A DNA stretch of 64,000 nucleotides from Candidatus Magasanikiibacteriota bacterium (GTDB lineage: Bacteria > Patescibacteriota > Patescibacteriia > Magasanikbacterales > GWA2-37-8). Where the stretch lies: assembly GCA_026396515.1 (NCBI GenBank), contig JAPLWQ010000002.1:9075-73074 (forward strand), given 5' to 3'. This document shows, piece after piece, positions 1 through 10,505 of this stretch (position 1 is its first letter; each line of letters opens with the position of its first letter). Under the pieces are notes generated by a model. It did not search any database. It saw only the letters and a program-made list of their open reading frames with translations, and was not told the DNA's origin. The translations under genes were made by a program, and so were the position numbers.

Positions 1-9
1 ATTTAATAG

Positions 10-2013
10 TTATGGTGTGGTGCTTGCCGTGCTCGAGGCAACGGGCGTGGGCGAACTTGAAACAGTACTGCTCGCCATTGGCGCGCAATTTGTTAAATCA
101 GGACATGCCGCCGGATCAACGCCCACCATGCAAATTTTTGGCAGCGGCCGGTAATAGCTGGAAAAAACGCGTTCAATCTTTTCCGTGGTAGAAGTAAAGC
201 GGGTATAGGTAAAACTGGCGACAGCTCCGCGGAAAGCATTCTGGCATATTTTCTCACCGGGTTTCAAGGTGGTCGTATATGTTTCCTGCGGCACTCCTGC
301 CGGAATCCATTTGCTTACCAATGGATGAGTAAATGAACCCGACCTGCCATCCGGCTTTCCCCAAAGAGTAAAAGTGAGGCGCTGTTTCTTGTAATCTATT
401 ATCGTTTCCAAAAGAAGATAGCTTCCCGTATCATTTAAAAACTTAAAATCAAGTATCGGTTCATATAGAGTCGCGTCGGTGCCCGGGTTGCCATTTACCG
501 GATCGGCATAATAACCTACCACCAGCGAGTGATTGGTGCGCTCGGTTATCGGCATCCCGGAATTCATAGCCATACGAAACAGCGTGGTGCCGATCTGACA
601 CATACCTCCGCCGATTTCCTTTTTTATCTGATTCCCTTTTATCACTTCTTCCGGCAAATATCCGTTCTCTGACGTAAACGGGCCGGCATAACGAATTGAA
701 GAAAATACTTCACCCGGAGCGATAATAGTGCCATTCAATCTTGCCACGGCGTGAGCGATATTTTTAATTCTGTTTGTATGGCTGTCATAAAATGTGGAAA
801 AGCCGGAACCGATTACTGAGGTTATGCCCAAATTATTTACATCAGCCATCTTGATTTTCGGCTCAGCCGAATCCACGATCAGAGAAATCGTGGCGCTGGC
901 ACTGGCCGACCCGTTATTCCGGCCCTGCATTAAACCATTTATCGCCGTTAATGTTTTATCAATATTTAATGCTTGACCGACACTGCCGCTTCTGAACTCC
1001 TGCACCTTTCCATTTTCCATTACGAACTTTGATTCCTCGGCCGGTTTGTCCAGCACATATTTATAATTATCCAAAAACTTTCTTGCTTTTTCATCATCCA
1101 GAGCCAGCCAAACATTCCCCGCGTCATCTACTTGCGGAGCAAGCGATGCGCCAATATCTTCGGAGGAAATCCGCCCGGTTTTTGTTTCAGCCGTTTCCGG
1201 ATCCGCATAGGTAAGAATAATATCGCCATATCCGAGAACTTTTGTAATTTTTTCTTCAAGCCCCTCCAGATATTTCGACTCGGTTTTTGGCGTGACAATT
1301 TCTTTTGCTATTATTTGCGGCTCCAAATTCAGAGCGGACAAACGCATTGCGGTATCAACAACGATTTTGTCATAATTAAAAACTTCTCCGGCCCGCTCTT
1401 TAATCACCTCATACTTTAACGGGTCGCGGGATGTAATTTTAATTCCGGCGTTTTGCGGTATTTTTTCCATTGAAGACAGCTCACTTTTTATTATTTCAAT
1501 AAATTTATCTTTTTGAATATTAACCGGTAAAAAAATACGCGAATTTTTCATCCTCAAAAGAAGCGGGTCAATATATTTCCTCCACGCGTTTGTGCCGCTT
1601 CGTCCGGCATCAAACGCCACTTTTTCAATACTGTCATGACCAAGTGAAACCAGCTCAATTACGGCATCGCTTTCGCGGATTGTTGTGTCAATTTGAAAAC
1701 GCTTTTCAGCGCCGGCATCATTATAAATATACACAATCCCCTCCTTGTTTAATCTGTCATTTATGCCGTCTATAAATACTCTTATTGATTCTTCATCCAT
1801 CCCGCCCAAGGGATAATCGCCTAAGTATACGCCCGGATAAACCTTGCCGGCGTATTTTTTTGTATAACCGAAAACCGAACCGCAAAATACCAATGATATA
1901 AATATAAATACGGCAATAAAATAAAACACGGCCCAAAATATATGGCGCCGCGGCTGCTCGGTGACTGTGCCGAGTATTACCGAACCCTGACCAATTTTTT
2001 CTTCTTCTTTCAT
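10..2013 (-). CDS. VanW-domain membrane-anchored protein
   Basis: 667-aa complete ORF (TAA at 10-12). N-terminal TM helix. C-terminal half has a VanW-family signature block (GGGMCQIGTTLFRMAMNSG ... SLVVGYYADP). Confidence 0.6.
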   Translation of the reverse strand: MKEEEKIGQGSVILGTVTEQPRRHIFWAVFYFIAVFIFISLVFCGSVFGYTKKYAGKVYPGVYLGDYPLGGMDEESIRVFIDGINDRLNKEGIVYIYNDAGAEKRFQIDTTIRESDAVIELVSLGHDSIEKVAFDAGRSGTNAWRKYIDPLLLRMKNSRIFLPVNIQKDKFIEIIKSELSSMEKIPQNAGIKITSRDPLKYEVIKERAGEVFNYDKIVVDTAMRLSALNLEPQIIAKEIVTPKTESKYLEGLEEKITKVLGYGDIILTYADPETAETKTGRISSEDIGASLAPQVDDAGNVWLALDDEKARKFLDNYKYVLDKPAEESKFVMENGKVQEFRSGSVGQALNIDKTLTAINGLMQGRNNGSASASATISLIVDSAEPKIKMADVNNLGITSVIGSGFSTFYDSHTNRIKNIAHAVARLNGTIIAPGEVFSSIRYAGPFTSENGYLPEEVIKGNQIKKEIGGGMCQIGTTLFRMAMNSGMPITERTNHSLVVGYYADPVNGNPGTDATLYEPILDFKFLNDTGSYLLLETIIDYKKQRLTFTLWGKPDGRSGSFTHPLVSKWIPAGVPQETYTTTLKPGEKICQNAFRGAVASFTYTRFTSTTEKIERVFSSYYRPLPKICMVGVDPAACPDLTNCAPMASSTVSSSPTPVASSTASTTP

Positions 2014-2019
2014 ATTTGC

Positions 2020-2463
2020 TTACTCTTCAACAATTGTAATCGGTATCGTTTGGTCAACCTTAACTTTTGGCAAACGCACGGTCAGCAAACCAAAATAGTA
2101 TTCGGCCTTAGCTGCCTCCAAATAAACATCCACCGGTAAAACAATGCTGCGCGAAAATTTACCCCAATAGCATTCGCTAAAATGATAGTAAGCGCCATCC
2201 GGCACCGGCGATTTTCTGTCACCACGGATAGTGAGCAGGTCATTGTTTAGATGTAATTCTATATTGCCTTTTGGCGCGCCGGCCATTGGCGCGACAATAA
2301 GCAGTTCGTTGTCTGTTTCCGCCACATCAACGGATAATTGACCCTCGTGGTGATCTTCAATTTCAGAAGCATTTTGCAGGGACGAAAAAAAAGATAAATC
2401 GCCATTTAGATCCTCTGGCATTTCCACCGGTAATGAATATTTTTTGGTATTAGCGGGCTGCAT
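2020..2463 (-). CDS. Hsp20/alpha-crystallin small heat-shock protein
   Basis: 147 aa. Alpha-crystallin domain pattern (GQLSVDVAETDNELLIVAPMAG ... LTIRGDR ... GKFSRSIVLP ... GLLTVRLPK). Confidence 0.8.
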   Translation of the reverse strand: MQPANTKKYSLPVEMPEDLNGDLSFFSSLQNASEIEDHHEGQLSVDVAETDNELLIVAPMAGAPKGNIELHLNNDLLTIRGDRKSPVPDGAYYHFSECYWGKFSRSIVLPVDVYLEAAKAEYYFGLLTVRLPKVKVDQTIPITIVEE

Positions 2464-2576
2464 AAAAGAATGTCATTCCATATTATTATAGTACATTCTG
2501 AGAAAAAAGGAAATATAAAAGGCCGGGAAGGAACTACGTCCTGCCCGGCCGGAAAACTGCGAAAAAACGACGAAAA

Positions 2577-3395
2577 TCAATCCATGCGCCAAGGAAAAGC
2601 GGTCTGGCCGATATCTCGGTTCTCGGCGCAAAGTTCGAGTGACAACTCCACATGGTCTTTATCCCAACCAAGAAGAGGCACTCGCTTGGGCCACGGTTCA
2701 TTCTCACCCAGATTGGCTGTATAGCCGTGAAGCCAAACGAACGGAACTTCACTACCATCCATGGCCACAAGCCAATTAGGAAAATGCGCCGCCGCCGACA
2801 TTATCGCGGCGTGAGGCGACTCCTCGGCACTCCGAACATTAACCGGCTTTGCGCCGATGTGACGCGGAGAAAAATCGATGGTTTCCCAGCGCAGACAAAC
2901 ACCCGGATGGCGTGCGCCCGGAAGCAATGAGGGAAGTCCCTTATCATTTCTATACGCGTGAATGTTCTTCTCGCGCATATTGCGGGCGATCACTTCCCAG
3001 AGAGACTGGTAAGTCCCTTGCACGGTTTCGAGATAAACCACCAGCACCACGGCCGACAACTTCTTTGACGGCCATTTTGGCGGGTCGTGGTTGAATGCCG
3101 AAAATACCGATTCAGGAATCTTCCAGAAAAAGCGCTCATTCCACTCGAGCACATTAACAAACTGATTAGTCGGACTGACGAAATATTCTGAATTGAAATT
3201 CAGCATCTGCGGAGGCAAGGTGATCCGGTCGTGCTGAGCGACAAACTGCCCCTCAGCAATGCTGCGCAGATTTTTTATGATCCGCACAGCCTCTTCCGAA
3301 TCCGCCCTCATCAACTGATCCTGAATCTCCGCTGTCAGCGAATTGAAATCCCTCAATAACGAGGGGTCTACGCGATGGACCTCGGAACTTCCCAT
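2577..3395 (-). CDS. hypothetical protein
   Basis: 272-aa ORF with locally elevated GC (~50%). Strong SD (GAGGGAGGGGAAG) immediately 5' of the ATG. No recognisable motif. Confidence 0.4.
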   Translation of the reverse strand: MGSSEVHRVDPSLLRDFNSLTAEIQDQLMRADSEEAVRIIKNLRSIAEGQFVAQHDRITLPPQMLNFNSEYFVSPTNQFVNVLEWNERFFWKIPESVFSAFNHDPPKWPSKKLSAVVLVVYLETVQGTYQSLWEVIARNMREKNIHAYRNDKGLPSLLPGARHPGVCLRWETIDFSPRHIGAKPVNVRSAEESPHAAIMSAAAHFPNWLVAMDGSEVPFVWLHGYTANLGENEPWPKRVPLLGWDKDHVELSLELCAENRDIGQTAFPWRMD

Positions 3396-3495
3396 CTTCC
3401 CCTCCCTCTTCCTACCGCAAAAAGCGGCATATTTGTTTGTAAAATGAACAATATATTATGCTACTTAAAAATACTGATTTTGTCAAGTATCAACT

Positions 3496-3538
3496 AAAAA
3501 CAAAAATCCGCCCCTGGAATATTTGATGGGACGGATTT
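3496..3538 (-). terminator. rho-independent terminator downstream of 3557..4357
   Basis: Imperfect hairpin AAATCCGCCCC..GGGACGGATTT. On the minus-strand RNA it is followed by UUUUUGUUUUU. Lies directly 3' of the stop at 3557. Confidence 0.45.
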
Positions 3539-3556
3539 GCCTGTCTTCAAAAATAA

Positions 3557-4357
3557 TTATTCAACCGTAGCAGATGGCGTAGAAGTCGCCGACGGCTTTA
3601 CCGGGAAAACTGTTTTTAATTCATTTTTCGCTGATTCAACCGCCATTTTAAAATCGGCGATCGCCTTGTCGAATGCGGCCTTTCTTACAGCATTAAGCGC
3701 TTTCACCTGATCGCTTACTTTCACCACTGCCGCGCGGTCGGTTTTAAATTTGTCCCGGGCAGCTTCAATAGAGCTCTTCAGGTCAGTACGCACTGTTGCG
3801 GACTCAACACCGGCGGCACAATCGGCTACGGCCTTATTCTCGACTGCTTTGATTGTCACTTTGTATGTAGCAAGTGCTGCGTCCATACCTGCCTTGCGGT
3901 CTGTTATTGCCTTATCAAGACCTGTGCGGTAATTTGTTATCGCCACATCAATCGCAGCGCGTCTAACTACCACAGCAGCCTCAACAGATAATTGAAACTT
4001 TTCTACGGCCGCCTTCTGCTCGTCAGTTGTGGCTTTGCCGAGTAATTTTTCATATCCGGTCACGCGCCGGCTGTCTAAATCAGTGCGCTTTTCAATCAAT
4101 TTGTTATCTCTCTCGGCATGACGTTTTTCGAAGAGGCCCTCTTGTTCTGTCCGTTTGGCTGACAACTTGTTTTCCAGTTCTGCTATTTTTGTTTCTTTCG
4201 CCGCATTATAAGATGCCAGGCGGGAGCAGAATGTTTCTGAAACCTTAGAAGTGGTTGTATCTGTATCGGCGACACGCGCCATGGCGAACGTCGGTGTTGC
4301 GACCATCGTTCCAATCACGGCAACGGCTAAAGTTAATGATATATATTTTTTATTCAT
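3557..4357 (-). CDS. secreted alpha-helical (coiled-coil) protein
   Basis: 266 aa. N-terminal signal peptide (LTLAVAVIGTMVATPTFAMA). The rest is A/K/E-rich helical heptad-like sequence. Last gene of the ECF sigma operon. Confidence 0.5.
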   Translation of the reverse strand: MNKKYISLTLAVAVIGTMVATPTFAMARVADTDTTTSKVSETFCSRLASYNAAKETKIAELENKLSAKRTEQEGLFEKRHAERDNKLIEKRTDLDSRRVTGYEKLLGKATTDEQKAAVEKFQLSVEAAVVVRRAAIDVAITNYRTGLDKAITDRKAGMDAALATYKVTIKAVENKAVADCAAGVESATVRTDLKSSIEAARDKFKTDRAAVVKVSDQVKALNAVRKAAFDKAIADFKMAVESAKNELKTVFPVKPSATSTPSATVE

Positions 4358-4865
4358 ACAATGTAGTTACACTGTCAAATGCCATTAAGGCCTCGGCATC
4401 ATAATCACCCATACTGGCGTCTTCAGCTTCAGCATCGGCAATCGCTTCAGTGTCTATTGTCTCGTTTATTATCTCGTCAACGGACTGCGCGACCTCGGCG
4501 GAAGCAAATTCCGTGGGCGCGATTACGTTCTGCGTCGCTGCCTGCTTCTGAACTGTCGGCTGATTTAATGGCGCAACAGAGAAACGCCAGTAACCGATCG
4601 CGGCAATCACGACGACTGCGAGCCCGACCGGCACTGCGACTTTCCAAAATGAATTCATAATATTTTTTATATGTTCAAAGAGATTATTGGTAAGGGCCTG
4701 ACCTTTGTTTGCCCCCATATTAGTTAAACGAGTGTCAGATTTTTTTGTGACAGGGGTATTGATTTTATTTAACACAGACCGCAAACTTTCAGCCGTCGGC
4801 TTAATCTTTTTTGCTTCGGAATAAAGCAACTGCTCAATTTTATCAAATTCGTTCTCCATATTCAT
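4350..4865 (-). CDS. putative anti-sigma factor (single-pass membrane protein)
   Basis: 171 aa. One central TM helix (VAVPVGLAVVVIAAIGYW). Sits immediately downstream of the ECF sigma gene and overlaps the next gene by 8 nt. Confidence 0.4.
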   Translation of the reverse strand: MNMENEFDKIEQLLYSEAKKIKPTAESLRSVLNKINTPVTKKSDTRLTNMGANKGQALTNNLFEHIKNIMNSFWKVAVPVGLAVVVIAAIGYWRFSVAPLNQPTVQKQAATQNVIAPTEFASAEVAQSVDEIINETIDTEAIADAEAEDASMGDYDAEALMAFDSVTTLYE

Positions 4866-4928
4866 TTACCCCGTTAAATATTATTTCAACAAGTATATTC
4901 TAAACAAATTTTTACTTTTTAATTTCTT

Positions 4929-5504
4929 TTACGGCGCTTCTTCTGGGCCATATTTAACCGGGTTTAATATTGTTTTCAATAATTTGAGGGCTCGGGATTG
5001 GCGCTGCCGGACAGCATCCTCTCTTATTCCAATCTGCTCGCTGATTTCTCTGGCGGAAAATCCGTTAAAATATTTTAAAATGATAATTTCCTGGTCATCC
5101 TCATTCAATTTGTCTAAAGCTCGCCTCACATAAACCGACATTTCCAAACTCTCAACTATTTCTATTTGGCCCGCACTTTTATCGGGTATGTTTTGCCATG
5201 CGTCTTCATCATCGTCAAGGCGGATGGTTTTTTTCTTGCGCCAGTAATCAATCAGCGAATTTCTGGCCACTGTAAAAAAATATTTTAAAGGCGTGGCAGT
5301 CGCTTCCAGGCGGTCTTTAGCTTCATATACTTTAAGAAAAACCGTCTGTGCCAAATCATTGGCCTGATCTTTGTCTCGCAACCGGCCATAGAGATAACGG
5401 AAAACCGGGGTGTAGTATTCATCATAAAGCAAAGCAAATGCTTGGGAATCGCCTTCTTTTGCCCGAAGTATTAATTCTCGCGGATCACTACCGTTTTTAA
5501 GCAT
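4929..5504 (-). CDS. RNA polymerase sigma-70 factor, ECF subfamily
   Basis: 191 aa. Region 2 (DLAQTVFLKVYEA ... YFFTVARNSLIDYWRK) and region 4 HTH (LKYFNGFSAREISEQIGIREDAVRQRQSRALKLL). Confidence 0.8.
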   Translation of the reverse strand: MLKNGSDPRELILRAKEGDSQAFALLYDEYYTPVFRYLYGRLRDKDQANDLAQTVFLKVYEAKDRLEATATPLKYFFTVARNSLIDYWRKKKTIRLDDDEDAWQNIPDKSAGQIEIVESLEMSVYVRRALDKLNEDDQEIIILKYFNGFSAREISEQIGIREDAVRQRQSRALKLLKTILNPVKYGPEEAP

Positions 5505-5566
5505 ATCTAAGATAGATAACGAAAAAAAGCGCTATTTGTGACAAGGCCGCTAAATTAGCCATTTTT

Positions 5567-6631
5567 TTATGGCTGTAAAATATCTTCAGTCCGGCCGTCA
5601 ACAGAAATGATTACTGATTTGACGGTTGAAAATTGTTTAAGTGTTTCTTCTATTTGCGCTCTGATAGCCCCTACCCGGCAAGAACCGCCGAGGGCTTCTT
5701 CTATTTTCTTGTCAAAATCAACTTTTGCCACGTTATTTTCAATGGTCAGGCTTTGAATACCAACACCCATGTTTATGTTCGATAAATAACCGGCGGACTT
5801 TTCACTCTCGGTCGGACCTTTGAGCAACTCTTCTATCGCCGCGCGCCCTACCGCCGGTGTACTGGTTATAATGCGCTCAACAGCGTAAACCTTGCTGCAA
5901 TCAAGCATATTCGGATCTTTAACGGTATTATTGAAAAAAACACTTACCGTCTGGCCGAACACAATCGGATATATTTCTGATTTATCATTTTCCCTAAGAT
6001 CAGACGGATTATCATTTTTTAATACAAGCGTGCCGGTGGCTGTTTCCGGCGCATCAAATTTCAACACGGCTTCAAACGGTACGCTATTTGTGGTCATCCA
6101 CTCGCCTTTTGCCTGAGCCGGTGCAATAGCAACCTGCTTGCCGTTTGCATCATATATTTCCACGCGAGCGGTCGCTTCAAAATACCATGAGCCCGGCATT
6201 GTGCCATTTATTGTGAGAGATCCAAGAATCGGTTCTTTGAGCGTAGGAGACATTATGCTGGTTTCACGCGGTGTTTCACCTCCAACCGGACACTCGCCGC
6301 GAAACATCGCCCATTCTTCACATTGTTTACCGTCGGGGAATATGCACATTCCATATTCGCCCCCGTTTGCATCCTTTTTTATTTCAAGGTTTCCACCTTT
6401 TTCATCACAATTTACAGACGCCGGATTTGCCATACCGACATTATTTTGTTCTGTCGATGTCGCCCGCAACTCACAACCGGTTGTCGGCATTGCCGCGCTG
6501 GGATTGCCGTGCTTGACCCAAGCTCCATTTTGACAAAGCCAAGTATCTTCCGGGGTGGAAAACCTTAGGACCAAAAAAATAACGCCGACGAAAACGATTG
6601 CAGCCACCAGACCTGCTAATACTTTTGCCAT
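5567..6631 (-). CDS. membrane-anchored DUF333/GerMN-domain protein
   Basis: 354 aa. N-terminal TM. DUF333-like Cys motif (NPASVNCDEKGG ... GMCIFPDGKQCEEW). C-terminal GerMN-like domain. Confidence 0.5.
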   Translation of the reverse strand: MAKVLAGLVAAIVFVGVIFLVLRFSTPEDTWLCQNGAWVKHGNPSAAMPTTGCELRATSTEQNNVGMANPASVNCDEKGGNLEIKKDANGGEYGMCIFPDGKQCEEWAMFRGECPVGGETPRETSIMSPTLKEPILGSLTINGTMPGSWYFEATARVEIYDANGKQVAIAPAQAKGEWMTTNSVPFEAVLKFDAPETATGTLVLKNDNPSDLRENDKSEIYPIVFGQTVSVFFNNTVKDPNMLDCSKVYAVERIITSTPAVGRAAIEELLKGPTESEKSAGYLSNINMGVGIQSLTIENNVAKVDFDKKIEEALGGSCRVGAIRAQIEETLKQFSTVKSVIISVDGRTEDILQP

Positions 6632-6933
6632 ATATTATTATTAAAATTTGAACTGTCATCCTGAACGAAGCGAAGGATCTCTTCAAAGTTTTATGAAAGA
6701 TTCTTCATCCGCCAGCCGGCGGGACTCAGAATAACAATTGTTATTATAGCCATCGACCTGAAAAATGGCAAATATTGAAGACATCCGCACTCAAGCCACG
6801 CTACAACAAAAAATGTCACCCGAAGGCGGCATCTATATATGATATTTCTGTCCCAAATACAGGCCCTTTTTCCAAAAAACACTCGAGGTTATTTTTTACT
6901 CAATAACGAGGAGCCTCACGGGAAGTAAAGTCT

Positions 6934-7431
6934 CTACGTTCTTTTCATCAAAAAAAACATCTCAAAAATAACGAAAATTAATATTGCACCAAGTAGCCCA
7001 AAAACAATAAACACATACGTCGGAATCCCACCACTCTTTGCCACATTGAAGCTAACTGCCACTTCTTGATTAAGATTCTTATAGTCATTAAAATTCGCAC
7101 TAATTTTATACATACCCGGCGCAATGCTTTCTGGAATTGATATTGAATCCATAAATGAAGCCTGCGTTTCAATCGCTTTTAGCACTTTTAAATACGCCAC
7201 TTCATTCCCACTCTTATCATATATGTAATATTCTATCCGCAAATCTTTTCTATTGTCATTTTCCGGCCATTTTACCTCTGTTTCAAAATAAACCTTTTCC
7301 CCCGCTTTTACTTCCGAGTATTTTTCAGGTATGCCGATGGTAATGCTCATAGCCGACGCAAAATTAGGCAGCATTACTACCACAAATATGATTAGTATTT
7401 TAAAATATTTAAATTTCATTTTTATATCCAT
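6934..7431 (-). CDS. surface protein with signal peptide and C-terminal TM anchor
   Basis: 165 aa. Signal peptide, beta-rich middle, C-terminal hydrophobic helix followed by KRT. Confidence 0.4.
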   Translation of the reverse strand: MDIKMKFKYFKILIIFVVVMLPNFASAMSITIGIPEKYSEVKAGEKVYFETEVKWPENDNRKDLRIEYYIYDKSGNEVAYLKVLKAIETQASFMDSISIPESIAPGMYKISANFNDYKNLNQEVAVSFNVAKSGGIPTYVFIVFGLLGAILIFVIFEMFFLMKRT

Positions 7432-7492
7432 TTTTCAAAAAACGTATCGGATATGGCACCGGTCCATAATTAAACTTCGAATATTGATATAT

Positions 7493-8530
7493 TCAATCCG
7501 TCTTTCTTACCGTAGCTTGTAAATAGGTTTTTTCCTTTTCTTTAACTTTGCTTAATAAAACGTCGGCATTAAATACTTGTCCTCTATATGTTTTATGGAC
7601 CCATTTAAAAGAATTCGACCCTTCTTTCATCGCTTTTTCAATCATCTTCCTTGCTTTTATACCGGAAAGTTGCCCATCGGGTTGTTTTTCCGGGGACAAT
7701 TCTTCTGGGGTAAGGGATATAAATTGCTTCTCATCTTTGAGATTGAAAAGTTTAATTGTCGCAGGATTTCCAGCGGTAAAATTCCAATTTGGGGGCACTA
7801 AGGTCATAATAGCATCATTGGAAGTTTCATAGAGTAATCTGTATAATTTATTCTTTTCTACAACAAAAGCGCGAATAATTATTAAAACCAAAAACAATGC
7901 TACTATTGTAACAACTGAAAGTTCAGAGTTTAGATATATCAAATTTTGCGAATCCTCGAGAATATTTTTGCGAATGCTTAGAGCCATTTCATTCTCAACC
8001 GCTATCCAATTTTGAATATTCAAATAGATTTCATTTTTATATTTCCTGTATTCCTCTCCAACCGCCAAAGAGTAAGCTGTATCAATATCCCCTTTCCCCA
8101 ATGCTTCCCATACTTGAGCTTCTATACCAGATGTCTTAATCTCCGCTCTAACCATATTCATTAAATACACAGCGGTCACATCTTTTACCGATTGAGGTCT
8201 TTGGCTTTGCCCTAATAAAACGATTGCTGCCTTTTTTTCTATACGAATATTCATCTCACCCAGCATCTCGTCGTAAGATGATTTTAACTCCTTTATCGAC
8301 TCATAATCTCCTTTTTGTGCATATAGCAGGGCGGAATAGATTATCCCGGCAGTTTCAGTATCATAATTTTTTGTTGTTAAAGCCAATTGTAGCAAAGGAT
8401 CTTCAACGTCTTTTATGTGTCTAACATTATTTATTATTTTGCTTTGAAGTGAATAATTTACAGAAAGGTTAATAAATATTAAAAAAATAAGAAAGATAAA
8501 TCCGCCCAAAATTTTCGTATTATTCTTCAT
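7493..8530 (-). CDS. membrane sensor protein: periplasmic helical domain + cytoplasmic PAS, no output domain
   Basis: 345 aa. TM1 near the N-terminus, ~160-aa extracytoplasmic region, TM2, then a PAS-like fold (LYETSNDAIMTL ... GQLSGIKARKMIEKAMKEG ... YRGQVFNADVLLSKV). No kinase, HAMP or GGDEF motifs. Confidence 0.5.
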   Translation of the reverse strand: MKNNTKILGGFIFLIFLIFINLSVNYSLQSKIINNVRHIKDVEDPLLQLALTTKNYDTETAGIIYSALLYAQKGDYESIKELKSSYDEMLGEMNIRIEKKAAIVLLGQSQRPQSVKDVTAVYLMNMVRAEIKTSGIEAQVWEALGKGDIDTAYSLAVGEEYRKYKNEIYLNIQNWIAVENEMALSIRKNILEDSQNLIYLNSELSVVTIVALFLVLIIIRAFVVEKNKLYRLLYETSNDAIMTLVPPNWNFTAGNPATIKLFNLKDEKQFISLTPEELSPEKQPDGQLSGIKARKMIEKAMKEGSNSFKWVHKTYRGQVFNADVLLSKVKEKEKTYLQATVRKTD

Positions 8531-8534
8531 ATTA

Positions 8535-9458
8535 TTACTTCTGATTATTTATTATTTTTTTAATATAATCAATTATTGAAAATCCAAAAATTTCGTTTGC
8601 GTTTTCTTCCGCAATAACACAACCCATAATTGATGGAACATAGGCATGAGCGCCAAAAACTTCATCACCCATGTAATTTGTATATTGAATAACTTCCTCT
8701 ATGTGTTCTTCAACAGATTCGTTATTGCCATATTTTTTTACATGTTCTAAGCATTCTATCGCTCCATCACTTTCAATTTCCTGTATCAATACCCCACGCT
8801 TATTACTCTTTCCAATATATTCTGAACCGCTCAGAAGTAATCCAGTTTCGTCAATGAGGTAAACTTCATTACCTTTTCCTTTCTCCAATGTTTCTTTCAT
8901 TAAGCTGCTTATCTTATCCAGTTCAACATCAAAGGCAATTGCACCGATTACTTTATCTTTTTCTATCCTATCAAAAATAGGCCCAAGAACCGAATAGTAA
9001 TCTCTTTTTTGGAATGGATCATAATATCTCATGAAAATAATTTTTTTATCTTTTGAAACAAAATAAGGAAGTGTACTGTAATCTATTGGCGTAGGACCAC
9101 TTTCCGCAATAAACATTATCCCCTCTTTAGTAAAAATTGCTATCCTATGAATTATCGGACTAAGCTCATTTATTCTTTTTTTTGCTGTTTCTATTTTTGC
9201 TGTATTGTTTGGATCTTTAACAACTTCCTTAAAAACACCAACAGAACCTATAATCTCTAATTTCTCCCTTTGAGACTCAAGAAAATTATTAGCTTCCGCT
9301 GCTTTTTCATTTGCGAGTATCTGCAAGCTTTCTTTATGAGCGTCTATTACCTGTCGTTTTTGAACATTTAAACCAAAAAAAACCAGCCCAACTAATAAAA
9401 TACCAAATATCACGCAAAGCCCTAATGCCAGCTTATTTTTCTTTATAAATTTTTCCAT
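8535..9458 (-). CDS. membrane-anchored extracellular Cache-like sensor domain protein
   Basis: 307 aa. One N-terminal TM, then two Cache/PAS-like extracellular modules. No transmitter domain. Confidence 0.4.
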   Translation of the reverse strand: MEKFIKKNKLALGLCVIFGILLVGLVFFGLNVQKRQVIDAHKESLQILANEKAAEANNFLESQREKLEIIGSVGVFKEVVKDPNNTAKIETAKKRINELSPIIHRIAIFTKEGIMFIAESGPTPIDYSTLPYFVSKDKKIIFMRYYDPFQKRDYYSVLGPIFDRIEKDKVIGAIAFDVELDKISSLMKETLEKGKGNEVYLIDETGLLLSGSEYIGKSNKRGVLIQEIESDGAIECLEHVKKYGNNESVEEHIEEVIQYTNYMGDEVFGAHAYVPSIMGCVIAEENANEIFGFSIIDYIKKIINNQK

Positions 9459-9470
9459 AGTTTATAGATC

Positions 9471-10496
9471 CTATTTTTTGCGTTTATGTTTAATAAATTG
9501 ATAGATAATAATGCACGCACCAATACCGCCAATGATTAAAATGGAAACAATCCAAGCCCATGCTAATCCTTTTTTCACTTGGACGGGAACGCTCTTTACT
9601 TCAAATGCCTGTTTGAATTCATCTTTAATATTTTCACCATAGGTCGTTGCCAAAATCAAAGTATATTTTCCGTCGCTCAAATTCAGATTTATAAACTCTT
9701 TTGTCACAATCTTTTCCGTTTCAACTGTAACTTCGCCGGTATCAGTATAAACGACTTTACTGCCGGCATCTTCAATACGATAAACCATATTAACCGGCGT
9801 CGGCACAGTGCCAAAGCTCGAAAATTCCGTCCGGGCAACCAAATCGCTCGATTTATTTATAATACGGCTATCAATGCCCAAAGTAATGTCAAACAACTGC
9901 TCAACGACCTCACCAACTGAAGAACTGACAATTTCCAGGGTGGAGGTTGGCTCCTCCGGCGTCGGGATGACAGTTGCCGGCGTAGGGGTTGGCGCTTCCG
10001 ACGGCGGTTTAATTTGAACCATGGGAGAAACTATTATTGCCAATTGATTGCCACCGGCAAACATATTGGAACTATTCTCATCCAAAGCCATGCTGTCACC
10101 GGCAAATTCAATCACGCCCGAACCGCTTTTTGTTGCCACAAAAACAGCTGATCCTAAACTGGTGACCTTATCAAAACCTTCCGGATAACCGGCGGTCCTA
10201 ATTAGCACGCCGGATGAATTGCTAAAATAGTCATAGCCGCTTTGTCTAAGCGGCATCCAATTTCCCGCATACGACCACGTTTTTAATACTACTAAGTCGG
10301 CCGGAAATTTTATACTGGATTTTACAGTATAGTTCATAACCCCATGAGGGTTAACGCTTATATTCACGCGAAACGACTCTCCTTCTTTAACATTTATTTT
10401 AACAGGGGAAATAGAAAAATTCGTAGCGGCTTGCGCCTGTCCGGCAAATATAAATGCAATGCTAACCGCCAAAAATATTATAAAACTTTTTTTCAT
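9471..10496 (-). CDS. cell-surface protein, cohesin-like beta-sandwich, C-terminal TM anchor
   Basis: 341 aa. Signal peptide. N-terminal ~140 aa resembles a cohesin module (FSISPVKINVKEGESFRVNISVNP ... VIEFAGDSMALD). Pro/Thr linker. C-terminal TM followed by KHKRKK. Confidence 0.35.
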   Translation of the reverse strand: MKKSFIIFLAVSIAFIFAGQAQAATNFSISPVKINVKEGESFRVNISVNPHGVMNYTVKSSIKFPADLVVLKTWSYAGNWMPLRQSGYDYFSNSSGVLIRTAGYPEGFDKVTSLGSAVFVATKSGSGVIEFAGDSMALDENSSNMFAGGNQLAIIVSPMVQIKPPSEAPTPTPATVIPTPEEPTSTLEIVSSSVGEVVEQLFDITLGIDSRIINKSSDLVARTEFSSFGTVPTPVNMVYRIEDAGSKVVYTDTGEVTVETEKIVTKEFINLNLSDGKYTLILATTYGENIKDEFKQAFEVKSVPVQVKKGLAWAWIVSILIIGGIGACIIIYQFIKHKRKK

Positions 10497-10505
10497 AAGA
10501 CATTG

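Noticed and set aside
2577-3395. GC-elevated hypothetical gene as a horizontally acquired island
   Set aside because: Only about 0.8 kb, the flanking composition is heterogeneous anyway, and there are no mobility genes or repeats at its borders.
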